Below are positions 56,337 through 64,000 of a stretch of 64,000 nucleotides of DNA, in pieces. How positions within the stretch are numbered: position 1 is the stretch's first letter; each line of letters opens with the position of its first letter. The stretch comes from an uncultured Planctomycetales bacterium (GTDB lineage Bacteria > Omnitrophota > Gorgyraeia > Gygaellales > Profunditerraquicolaceae). Location of the stretch: assembly GCA_964413025.1 (NCBI GenBank), contig CAYPRG010000002.1, forward strand, positions 107 through 64,106, in the 5' to 3' direction. The position numbers and the translations under genes are program-made. A model generated the notes under the pieces. The model was not told the origin of the DNA, did no database searches, and saw only the letters and a list, made by a program, of their open reading frames with translations.

Positions 56337-57707
56337 ATGAAAGTACTATTAGTGATGCCTTTAGCTTTGCCGGCTTATCTGTTTCAGCTGGCGGCGATTT
56401 CGGCATTTCTTAAATCAAAAGGCCACTCGGTGAGGTATGAAGAGCTGGTTATCAGCAATGATTTTTCTGAAGAGCATCGAGACCAGCTAGACAGGGCAAT
56501 CAAGGAATTTAAGCCCGATATCATCGGGTTTAGTTCTTATGAGATGAGCTTTGAGTGGATCAAGTCGACCTCAGACTACTTGAAGAAAAATAATCCAAGC
56601 GTCCCCATAATTGTTGGCGGGTACCACGCCACTTTATCGCCCGAAGAAGTATTGGCGCATCATTCCATTGATATGGTTTGTATCGGGGAAGGGGAGTATC
56701 CGTTGCATGAGCTTTTAGAATCTCTTAAAAAAGGCGAAGTTGATAAAAGTATCTTTAATTTGTGGTTTAAGGACAGCGGTAAAATAATCAGGAATCCTTT
56801 GCGGCCTTTAATGGCGAACCTGGATGATTTGCCGTTTGTAGACCGGGAACTATTTACCTCAGATAACCGAAAGAACGGGTTTTTGGAAATTATGGCCAGC
56901 CGGGGCTGTCCTTTTGATTGCACTAATTGCGCAAACCACGCCCTTAAAAAAATATATGGCGGCAAGGGCGTTTATCTAAGATATCGTTCTCCGGATAATG
57001 TTATAAAAGAAATAGAGTATTGCCTGGGCAGGGAAAAATTTAAAGTTATCCAATTCGACGATGATATGTTTACGGCGAATCAGAACTGGCTTAGGGATTT
57101 CTGCGCTAAGTATAAAACCAGGATAAATCTGCCTTTTACCTGCAATATCCGCCCTGAGGCTGGGGTGACTGAGACTTTGCGTATATTAAAAGAGGCGGGA
57201 TGCATCCAGGTTTCTATCGGGGTAGAGGCAGGCGACGAGAAAATCCGCAGTAATGTGCTGCATAGAAATATGCCTGATAAGATGATTATTCAGGCTTTTA
57301 GAAATGCCAGGAAGGCGGGTATAAAAACCAAGTCTTTTAATATGGTAGGCCTGCCTCATGAAAGCCCGCTTACTTTATGGAAAACTATCCGGTTAAATCT
57401 CAGGCTTACTCCGGATAGCGTCCAGACCTCTGTCTATTATCCTTTTAAGGGCACTGTATTGGGCGATGAATGTTATAAAAATGGTTGGGTGGATCAGGCG
57501 CGTAAAAAAAGATTAAGGCTTTATGCCAATGACTCCATACTTAATCTTCCTACAGTTTCACGTTCGCTGATCAGGATCGCCAAATGGCTTAATTCCGCCA
57601 CGGTTTTAAGAAGTGGTAATTTTTCAATTATCAAAATAGGGTTTCTAATGATAATAAGGCGGTTTTTACCGAAGAAAAAACAATCTCTGCCAGCATGCCA
57701 GATATAA
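56337..57707 (+). CDS. B12-binding-domain radical SAM protein
   Basis: N-terminal domain with DIIGFSSYE...VGGYHATLSPEEVL and the CX3CX2C motif GCPFDCTNC. Confidence 0.8.
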   Translation: MKVLLVMPLALPAYLFQLAAISAFLKSKGHSVRYEELVISNDFSEEHRDQLDRAIKEFKPDIIGFSSYEMSFEWIKSTSDYLKKNNPSVPIIVGGYHATLSPEEVLAHHSIDMVCIGEGEYPLHELLESLKKGEVDKSIFNLWFKDSGKIIRNPLRPLMANLDDLPFVDRELFTSDNRKNGFLEIMASRGCPFDCTNCANHALKKIYGGKGVYLRYRSPDNVIKEIEYCLGREKFKVIQFDDDMFTANQNWLRDFCAKYKTRINLPFTCNIRPEAGVTETLRILKEAGCIQVSIGVEAGDEKIRSNVLHRNMPDKMIIQAFRNARKAGIKTKSFNMVGLPHESPLTLWKTIRLNLRLTPDSVQTSVYYPFKGTVLGDECYKNGWVDQARKKRLRLYANDSILNLPTVSRSLIRIAKWLNSATVLRSGNFSIIKIGFLMIIRRFLPKKKQSLPACQI

Positions 57708-58630
57708 AACCTTTAGTTTCCGTAATTATAGTCACCTATAACCGCAAGGACGATACGGTTGAGTGTATCGATTCTGTTTTAAAATCAACTTATAAACCCA
57801 TAGAAATAATTGTGGTGGATAATGCTTCTTCAGATGGGACAACGGAAGAACTTGAGAGCCGGTACGGTAAGAAGATTAAGCTGATTAGAAGTTACAGGAA
57901 TCTTTATGCCGGAGGAGGAAGAAACTTCGGGGCAAGAAACGCCTCGGGTGAATATCTATTGTTTGTTGATAGCGATAACATTGTTGACAGGGATATGATA
58001 AAAAATATGATAGAAGTAGAGGTAAGAAACAGGTATCTGAATATCGGAATAAGCGGCCCGTTTACCTATTACAAATCCGACCCCAAGCGTTTATGCTGGA
58101 CAAACAACCGAATGAGCCTGTCAACAAGCATCACTTTATTCGAGGGAAGCGGAGAGATTGACCAGGGGCAATATGATAATTTTGAATTGATCAAAGTCCA
58201 CCATATTCCTAACGTGTTTATGGTCCCTAAAAAAATATTCAAAGAGGTTGGCGGCATAGATAAAGATTACGTTATGCATTACGAGGAATCGGATTTGGCT
58301 GAGAAAATAAAGAAAAGATGTTTTATTGTAGCTTTATTCCCCCAGGCGAAAGTATGGCACAATGTGCCGCTTGGCAGGCAAGAAGGGCATAAGTCTTTTA
58401 AAGGGGAAAACCCCAGCATGGTTTACTATGTGTCAAGAAATAGGATTGTTTTTATGCGGAAAAACTCCGGTGGGGTGCGTTTATTTGTATTTTTAGTATT
58501 ATTTAATAATATCTTTTTATTGTACAACCTGGGTATTTTATTGTTAAATGGAAAATTTTCTTTGATGGCGCTGGCTTTAAAAGGTTATTTTGACGGTCTC
58601 TTTATGTCTTTGGGAAAAGATAATCAGTAA
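57695..58630 (+). CDS. GT2 glycosyltransferase (rhamnosyltransferase-like pattern)
   Basis: VSVIIVTYNRKDDT, VVDNASSDGT and FVDSDN (DxD) motifs, plus a C-terminal hydrophobic segment. Confidence 0.78.
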   Translation: MPDIKPLVSVIIVTYNRKDDTVECIDSVLKSTYKPIEIIVVDNASSDGTTEELESRYGKKIKLIRSYRNLYAGGGRNFGARNASGEYLLFVDSDNIVDRDMIKNMIEVEVRNRYLNIGISGPFTYYKSDPKRLCWTNNRMSLSTSITLFEGSGEIDQGQYDNFELIKVHHIPNVFMVPKKIFKEVGGIDKDYVMHYEESDLAEKIKKRCFIVALFPQAKVWHNVPLGRQEGHKSFKGENPSMVYYVSRNRIVFMRKNSGGVRLFVFLVLFNNIFLLYNLGILLLNGKFSLMALALKGYFDGLFMSLGKDNQ

Positions 58631-60093
58631 TGAAAATATTATTCATTAACCCCTGGACTAAATCCTTGTTTGGAGATGAAAAACAAGTCAGCGGCCACCC
58701 GCATATCGGCCTGTCTTATCTTATTGCCGCGTGTAAAAAGGCGGGCTATAAGGATGTTAAGGTTTTTGACCAGGGGCTAGAAAAGGATGACAGCAAATTA
58801 TTTTCGCTTATTTCTTCATATAAGCCCGATTTAGTGGGAGTTACAACTTTTAGTTTTTGCTATAAATACGCCAAGGCGGTAATCGATGGAATTAAAGATA
58901 AATTTCCCGGCTTACTGTTAATTGCCGGAGGGCCGCATGTTTCCGCTACCAAGGCCCACATTCTAAAGAATACAAAAGCGGATTTCGCCATGAAAGGGGA
59001 ATCCGAGATTAGTTTTATTAAATTTTTAAAAGAATTAGAACAGCCAAAGCCTGATTTTAGCCGGGTGAATAATCTTATCTGGAGAGACGGCGATTCCTGC
59101 GTTGAGAATCAGGATGAAGGGTATATTAAGGACCTGGATAGCATATCATTCCCTGATTACGAAGCATTCGGCATAGAAAGGTATCCTGCATACGTCCAGC
59201 ATCTGATGCCTATAATTACCTCGAGAGGCTGCCCTTACGGCTGTAATTATTGCTGTATCAGGCTTACCATGGGCAGGAATTTCAGGGCCCGCAGCCCGGA
59301 AAACGTGGTAGCCGAGATGAAAGATTTAAAAGATAAATATAAAATAAATCATTTTGAAATTAACGACGATTGCTTCGCTTTTGATTCAAAAAGAGCGGAG
59401 AAGATTTGCGATTTGATTTCGGATAGCCGGCTGGATATCCGTTACGAGCTTTATAACGGCATCAGGGCTGATAATGTAAACGAGCAGCTTCTTAGAAAGA
59501 TGAAAGAGAGCGGTTGTATCTTTATCTCATATGGCTGCGAGTCGGGAAATCAGGAGATCGTCAATAAATATATCGGCAAGAACCTTGATTTAAAGAAAGT
59601 CATCCAGGCTGTTGATCTTACCAATAAAATCGGGATCAAGAATTCAGTTAATTTTATTATCGGCCATCCGGGCGAGACTTATAAGACGGCGATGGATACG
59701 CTCAGGTTTGCCGGTTCGCTAAAAACTAACTTCGTGAATATGTATAATCTGATCCCATATCCCGGGACTGAACTTTTTGACTGGATAACCAAGAATTCAA
59801 CTTATATGATGCCGGTAGAGGATTATCTGGAAACCGTCGGCAGCAGGGATTTTCCGCCTGTTTTTGAAACTAAAGAATTCACCAGAAAAGAGAGGACCCG
59901 GGTGCTTAAAAAAGGCTACGCCTTATACGAAAAAACACTATTGCAGTTTCGCCTGGGAAAACCGCTGGGCTTGATCGTTTATTATCTTTGCAGGAACAGG
60001 TTTATCTTTAAACTGGGCAGGAGTATGGTTTTCGATGGAAAAATCGGCTCGAAAATCTACAGATTATTGAGCAGAAAGTCTAAAGCAAATTAA
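58630..60093 (+). CDS. B12-binding-domain radical SAM protein
   Basis: MKILFINPW..., DLVGVTTFS, AGGPHVSATKAHIL, and the CX3CX2C motif GCPYGCNYC. Close paralog of the 61111 gene. Confidence 0.85.
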   Translation: MKILFINPWTKSLFGDEKQVSGHPHIGLSYLIAACKKAGYKDVKVFDQGLEKDDSKLFSLISSYKPDLVGVTTFSFCYKYAKAVIDGIKDKFPGLLLIAGGPHVSATKAHILKNTKADFAMKGESEISFIKFLKELEQPKPDFSRVNNLIWRDGDSCVENQDEGYIKDLDSISFPDYEAFGIERYPAYVQHLMPIITSRGCPYGCNYCCIRLTMGRNFRARSPENVVAEMKDLKDKYKINHFEINDDCFAFDSKRAEKICDLISDSRLDIRYELYNGIRADNVNEQLLRKMKESGCIFISYGCESGNQEIVNKYIGKNLDLKKVIQAVDLTNKIGIKNSVNFIIGHPGETYKTAMDTLRFAGSLKTNFVNMYNLIPYPGTELFDWITKNSTYMMPVEDYLETVGSRDFPPVFETKEFTRKERTRVLKKGYALYEKTLLQFRLGKPLGLIVYYLCRNRFIFKLGRSMVFDGKIGSKIYRLLSRKSKAN

Positions 60094-60094
60094 G

Positions 60095-61114
60095 ATGTCG
60101 GCAAACCTAGAGGCTTTTTATAAAGATTTCCAGGATTTCTATAAAACAGATAAATGCGTGGCTTGCGGTGAAAGCATAATCGATAATGGCCATTTCTTTT
60201 CCCGGGTTTATTCGGAAGATATGGGCAAAAAGAATAATGTTTATCTTTGCTTAAACTGCGGTTTGGCTTATGCCCATCCCTTCCTTGGTATTGAAGAAGA
60301 AAAAAGAATCTATGAAGATTATATTGCCCACCACTTTTCTGAGTATATGGCTAGTAACCAGGCTGATATTCAGTTTAAATTCCAGGATAAGCTTAATGAT
60401 CTATTTGGCGGCGTCTTATTTAAGAGCCGGAATGTCTGGTTAAAAAAAATTGTTTCTGGTTTTTTGCTGCAAAGAGCGCTGATTACTTATCCGATTTATT
60501 CGAATACCATACATGGGTCTTTAAAGGTGCTTGATATCGGCTGCGGCGACGGTTATTTTTTAAAAAAAGCAAAAGGGTTCGGGTGCCTATGTTATGGAAC
60601 AGAATACCATGACGCACTTATTAGCCGCCTGCGTGCCCAGGGGATAAAAGCAAACTTAAGGATGGAAGATTTTCAAAAAGATATAAAAAGCAACCAGGAT
60701 AAATTTGATGTTATCAGGATTAATTGGGTTTTGGAGCATGTTATCCGGCCGCAGGATATGCTTAAAGAGGCAAGGAATCTACTGAAGGATGATGGTGAGT
60801 TGATAATAGGTGTACCTAATTTCAATACGCCTTCCAGGGCGTTTAAAGAGCATTTCCAGATGCATATACCTCAGCACAGGCAGCTTTTTACTAAAAAGAG
60901 CTTAAGAAAAATGCTCGAAGCATGCGGCTTTAAGGCAGTGTATATAAGGACAAAATCAATAGGGATTTTGGGCCCTACCCTGGCAAGAAGATGTGGTTTT
61001 AAATCGGTAAATATTCCTTTCAGGCTGGCGGATATCTTTTGTTCGGTTGTTTTTGATTTATTTAATATCGGCGATTGCTTTGAGGTTTACGCAAAGAAAC
61101 GGGGTAATAAATGA
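60095..61114 (+). CDS. Class I SAM-dependent methyltransferase with an N-terminal zinc ribbon
   Basis: CVACG...CLNCG ribbon, with VLDIGCGDGYF, VLEHV and DDGELIIGVPN motifs. Confidence 0.75.
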   Translation: MSANLEAFYKDFQDFYKTDKCVACGESIIDNGHFFSRVYSEDMGKKNNVYLCLNCGLAYAHPFLGIEEEKRIYEDYIAHHFSEYMASNQADIQFKFQDKLNDLFGGVLFKSRNVWLKKIVSGFLLQRALITYPIYSNTIHGSLKVLDIGCGDGYFLKKAKGFGCLCYGTEYHDALISRLRAQGIKANLRMEDFQKDIKSNQDKFDVIRINWVLEHVIRPQDMLKEARNLLKDDGELIIGVPNFNTPSRAFKEHFQMHIPQHRQLFTKKSLRKMLEACGFKAVYIRTKSIGILGPTLARRCGFKSVNIPFRLADIFCSVVFDLFNIGDCFEVYAKKRGNK

Positions 61115-62652
61115 AGATTTGCCTGGTCAATCCGCCATTAGTGTTATCTTCGCAGCACGTAAACCGGCCAACACCGTTTTACCCTATGGGCCTGCTTTAT
61201 GTAGCGTCAGCGCTGGAAGCTAATCATCAAGTTTTAATAATCGACGCACTGGCGGAAGGCTGGAAGAATGTCCATAAAATTGAAGTAAACGGCGAAGATA
61301 AATGGTATGGGGGCCTGGAATTTGAGGAAATTGCGAAGAGTATAAAAGAAAATGGCGTTAAATTAGTGGGAATAACTTTGCCTTTTTCGATAAGCCATTG
61401 GAGTGCTCAAAGGGCCGCCTCTGTTATAAAAGCAGCCGATAAGAACATTATCACCGTGCTTGGCGGCCATCACGTTACGGTCAGGCCGCAGGAGGTTTTA
61501 TTAAATAAAGACGTTGATTATATTGTTGTTGGAGAAGGCGAATATACAATGCTTGAGCTGGCAGATGCGCTTGAGCAAGGTAATTTCGCGGCCCTGGAAA
61601 GAATCGAGGGTATCGGGTATAAAGTTGACGGCAAGCCGGTAATTAATCCTGTCCGAAAGCAGGCCCAGGATTTAGATAAGCTGGCTTTTCCAGCAAGGCA
61701 TCTGTTGAACCTGGAAAATTATTTCTCGGCGGTAGAAGCCGGGCAATCGCCCCGTGGCGATTATCTCCCGGCAGGAAAAAAATGGGCTACAGTGATAACC
61801 AGCCGCGGTTGCCCCTACGAATGCGTATTTTGCGCAATACACTTGACTATGGGCAGGAAGTGGAGGCCGCGCAGCGCGCAGAATGTGGTAAAAGAAATAG
61901 AAGAATTGGTTAATAAATACGGCATAAGGCATTTAACAATCGAAGATGATAATATGACCTTTGATACAGCCAGGGCCAAAGAGATATGTGATTTGATTAT
62001 TCAAAGAAATCTGGGTATTACCTGGTGCATGCCAAACGGAGTAAGGGCAGATGCCCTGGACGACGAATTAGTAAAGAAGATGAAGGCCTCAGGCTGTACC
62101 GAGGTATTTGTGGCTCCTGAATCCGGTGACCAGGATGTAGTGAATAGTATTATTAAAAAAAGGATAGATTTAAAAAAGATAGAAGAGGCTGTTAAACTTT
62201 TCAAAAAATACGGGATAAATGTTAATGCGGTTTTTGTGATTGGCTGTATCGGGGAAACTAAAGAGAATATCCGGCAAAGTATGCGTTTTGCCAGGAAGCT
62301 GATACAACTGGGCGCTAAAGGGGTGTGTGCGAATATTGCTACCCCATATTATGGCACAGAGCTATACCGGCAGGCAAAAGAAAAGGGGTATTTGCTGGAT
62401 ATACTTAATGACGAGCGTTTAAGTTCCGCGCAGCCTTTAATCTCAACGCCCGAGCTTACGCCTAAAGAGCTTCAGGAATTCAAGAATCAATTTTACATTA
62501 TTAACCCTGCGACAGGAATAATAAGAATTATATTGAGCATGGTTTTTTCTAATCCGAGATTATTAGTCGAAGCAATGTTCTCGTTAAGAACATGGAGTTT
62601 TTTTGCCAGTGAAATGAAAAGCCGGATTTTTTGTTTGAGAAGAGCGGCTTAG
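61111..62652 (+). CDS. B12-binding-domain radical SAM protein
   Basis: MKICLVNPP..., LVGITLPFS, LGGHHVTVRPQEVL, and the CX3CX2C motif GCPYECVFC. Confidence 0.85.
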   Translation: MKICLVNPPLVLSSQHVNRPTPFYPMGLLYVASALEANHQVLIIDALAEGWKNVHKIEVNGEDKWYGGLEFEEIAKSIKENGVKLVGITLPFSISHWSAQRAASVIKAADKNIITVLGGHHVTVRPQEVLLNKDVDYIVVGEGEYTMLELADALEQGNFAALERIEGIGYKVDGKPVINPVRKQAQDLDKLAFPARHLLNLENYFSAVEAGQSPRGDYLPAGKKWATVITSRGCPYECVFCAIHLTMGRKWRPRSAQNVVKEIEELVNKYGIRHLTIEDDNMTFDTARAKEICDLIIQRNLGITWCMPNGVRADALDDELVKKMKASGCTEVFVAPESGDQDVVNSIIKKRIDLKKIEEAVKLFKKYGINVNAVFVIGCIGETKENIRQSMRFARKLIQLGAKGVCANIATPYYGTELYRQAKEKGYLLDILNDERLSSAQPLISTPELTPKELQEFKNQFYIINPATGIIRIILSMVFSNPRLLVEAMFSLRTWSFFASEMKSRIFCLRRAA

Positions 62653-62666
62653 TCAAAGGAGTTAGT

Positions 62667-63593
62667 TTGCAGCCAGTCCTTGAGAATATAAATTGCCCGG
62701 TTTGCGGCAGCGCTGAGCATAAATTAGTTTTTAAAGCCAGGGATCTGCGCCTTAAGACCTGCGGGGAAGCATTCTGCGTGGTCGCTTGCGTTAATTGTGG
62801 TTTTCTTTTCCTGAATCCCAGGCCGGTAAAAGAAGATGCGATAAAATTCTATCCCGTGGATTTCAATATGGAGACCCCGACATTAATACATAGGCTGTTG
62901 AGCGTCAGTTTGTCCGCTATAAAAAATTCTATCGTATCAAAATTAAAAAAATACAAAAAGGAAGGCACGTTACTTGATATTGGTTGCGGCAGCGGAAGTT
63001 TTTTGTCGTTAATGCAGGAGCAGGGGTATGACGTTTTGGGGTGCGAGTTAAACCCTAATTCAAAAAAATTTGCACCGAAATCCCTTGATGGAAGGATTAT
63101 CTATAAAAAATTGCCGGAATGTAATTTTCTCGCGAAGTCTTTTGACATTGTCACCATGATCCAGTCATTGGAGCATGTGCATGAAGTGGACAGGCTTTTT
63201 CTGGAGATTAAAAGGATCATTAAAGATGACGGCATAATATATATTTATGTCCCGAATTCTGATTTCTTTGAATCCGCCTTTTTCGGCCCGTATTATTTTA
63301 ATCTGGAAGTACCCAGGCACCTTTATTATTTCACCCGTAAAAGCATGAAGGGGTTCTTGCAAAATCATGGTTTTAAAGTCGACCGTTTCTTCAAGAACCA
63401 TATCCTGGAAATTGCTTCGACTCCCAGTTCCCTGCATTATGGTTTATGGTCCTGGCTGGAAGATAAAAATATCTTTAAAAATAAGACGCTTAAGTATTTG
63501 ACATTCATTCCGCTTATTTTTTGTAGAATTTTACTGCGTTTTATTTTTATATTTAATGACCAGAATATAGAAGTGGTATGTTATAAGGAATAG
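62667..63593 (+). CDS. Class I SAM-dependent methyltransferase with an N-terminal zinc ribbon
   Basis: CPVCG...CVNCG ribbon, with LLDIGCGSGSF, SLEHV and DDGIIYIYVPN motifs. TTG 62667 is preferred (AAAGGAG RBS 5 nt upstream); the alternative start at 62631 would overlap the upstream gene. Confidence 0.75.
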   Translation: MQPVLENINCPVCGSAEHKLVFKARDLRLKTCGEAFCVVACVNCGFLFLNPRPVKEDAIKFYPVDFNMETPTLIHRLLSVSLSAIKNSIVSKLKKYKKEGTLLDIGCGSGSFLSLMQEQGYDVLGCELNPNSKKFAPKSLDGRIIYKKLPECNFLAKSFDIVTMIQSLEHVHEVDRLFLEIKRIIKDDGIIYIYVPNSDFFESAFFGPYYFNLEVPRHLYYFTRKSMKGFLQNHGFKVDRFFKNHILEIASTPSSLHYGLWSWLEDKNIFKNKTLKYLTFIPLIFCRILLRFIFIFNDQNIEVVCYKE

Positions 63594-63603
63594 AGGATTG
63601 TAG

Positions 63604-64000
63604 ATGAAAAAGAGAATTTTTATAATTTTTGGTTTTTACTTGTTTCTTACGGCTATTTTTACTTATCCGTTGATCTTTAAAATGAAAAGTTGCATCTTAG
63701 GTATTTATACCAGCGATGAGCCTTTTGCCTGGTTAGCCTATTTTTGGTGGCAGCAATTTTCCTTCAGTAAAAATTTAGTTGATACATTTATTTCTGTAAT
63801 CGCCGTTCCTTTTGGGTTGGATATAAGTAAAGCGATAGCCTATCCCTGTTGGAATATTTTTACTAGATGGCTTTCTGTTTTTTCCGGTCATATCGTGACT
63901 TACAATCTGCAGATTCTACTTAGTTTCATACTTTCCGGAGTAACCATGTTTTATCTGGCATTCGCGGTCACTAAACACAAATCTGCTTCTCTGCTCTCAG
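63604..64000 (+). CDS. Polytopic membrane protein, 3' end cut by the window edge (possible GT-C-type transferase)
   Basis: ATG at 63604 opens a frame that runs without a stop to the window end by my own translation (MKKRIFIIFGFYLFLTAIFTYPLIF...SDEPFAWLAYFWW...). It contains several hydrophobic helices and is not in the supplied ORF track because it lacks a stop. Confidence 0.5.
   Translation, partial: MKKRIFIIFGFYLFLTAIFTYPLIFKMKSCILGIYTSDEPFAWLAYFWWQQFSFSKNLVDTFISVIAVPFGLDISKAIAYPCWNIFTRWLSVFSGHIVTYNLQILLSFILSGVTMFYLAFAVTKHKSASLLS

Noticed and set aside
44831-63593. Interpreting the radical SAM/methyltransferase array as a RiPP (peptide natural product) cluster.
   Set aside because: No intergenic space or small ORF could encode a precursor peptide, and there are no protease, cyclodehydratase or transporter genes typical of RiPP loci. 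The context is glycosyltransferases and nucleotide-sugar enzymes.
1-64000. A scan for tRNA, rRNA, CRISPR arrays, transposases, integrases and phage or defence genes.
   Set aside because: I found no tRNA-like T-arm motifs in the few intergenic gaps, no spaced direct-repeat arrays, and no ORFs with transposase, integrase, nuclease or defence-type motifs.

Overview
AT-rich bacterial chromosomal window (about 40% G+C by eye) holding about 65 tightly packed genes, every one on the + strand. LptD and a PilQ secretin indicate a diderm organism. I cannot assign taxonomy from sequence alone, and all calls come from reading motifs in the supplied translations, with no database search. From 1 to 41.9 kb the content is mostly housekeeping: miaB, a TPR-SPOR protein, a GT39-like/TPR membrane protein, miaA, hflX, and a heat-shock operon (small MerR/HspR-like gene, two CIRCE-like inverted repeats, compact hrcA, grpE, dnaK, dnaJ). 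These are followed by accD, an orphan MalK-like ATPase, two tandem GGDEF genes, transaldolase, lptD and a UDP-sugar precursor block (ugd, TviB/TviC-like pair, UDP-xylose synthase). Next comes a type IV pilus block (major pilin with its own promoter and terminator, a degenerate pilin-like gene, a second pilin, pilMNOPQ). The remaining genes are a half-length DUF2344 gene, RNase G/E, rplU-obg-proB-proA-nadD, rpe, a phosphohexomutase, rpsA and tyrS. From 41.9 kb to the window end lies a virtually gap-free glycan-assembly locus of about 22 kb and 22 genes. It contains a Wzx-like flippase, five GT2 and one GT4 glycosyltransferases, and rfbA, an rfbD-like gene and rfbB without rfbC. It also holds a Gfo/Idh/MocA oxidoreductase, a hexapeptide acetyltransferase and a partial polytopic membrane protein. 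Its most striking content is five B12-binding-type radical SAM paralogs alternating with four class I SAM methyltransferases. That radical SAM/methyltransferase array is my best candidate for an undescribed system, probably a heavily radical-modified or methylated surface glycan pathway. Secondary oddities include a 39-nt GC-rich palindrome inserted in frame in rfbB, a non-canonical CX4CX2C motif in one radical SAM paralog, dual heat-shock repressors with promoter-flanking CIRCE sites, and a pilin paralog lacking Gly(-1) and Glu5.
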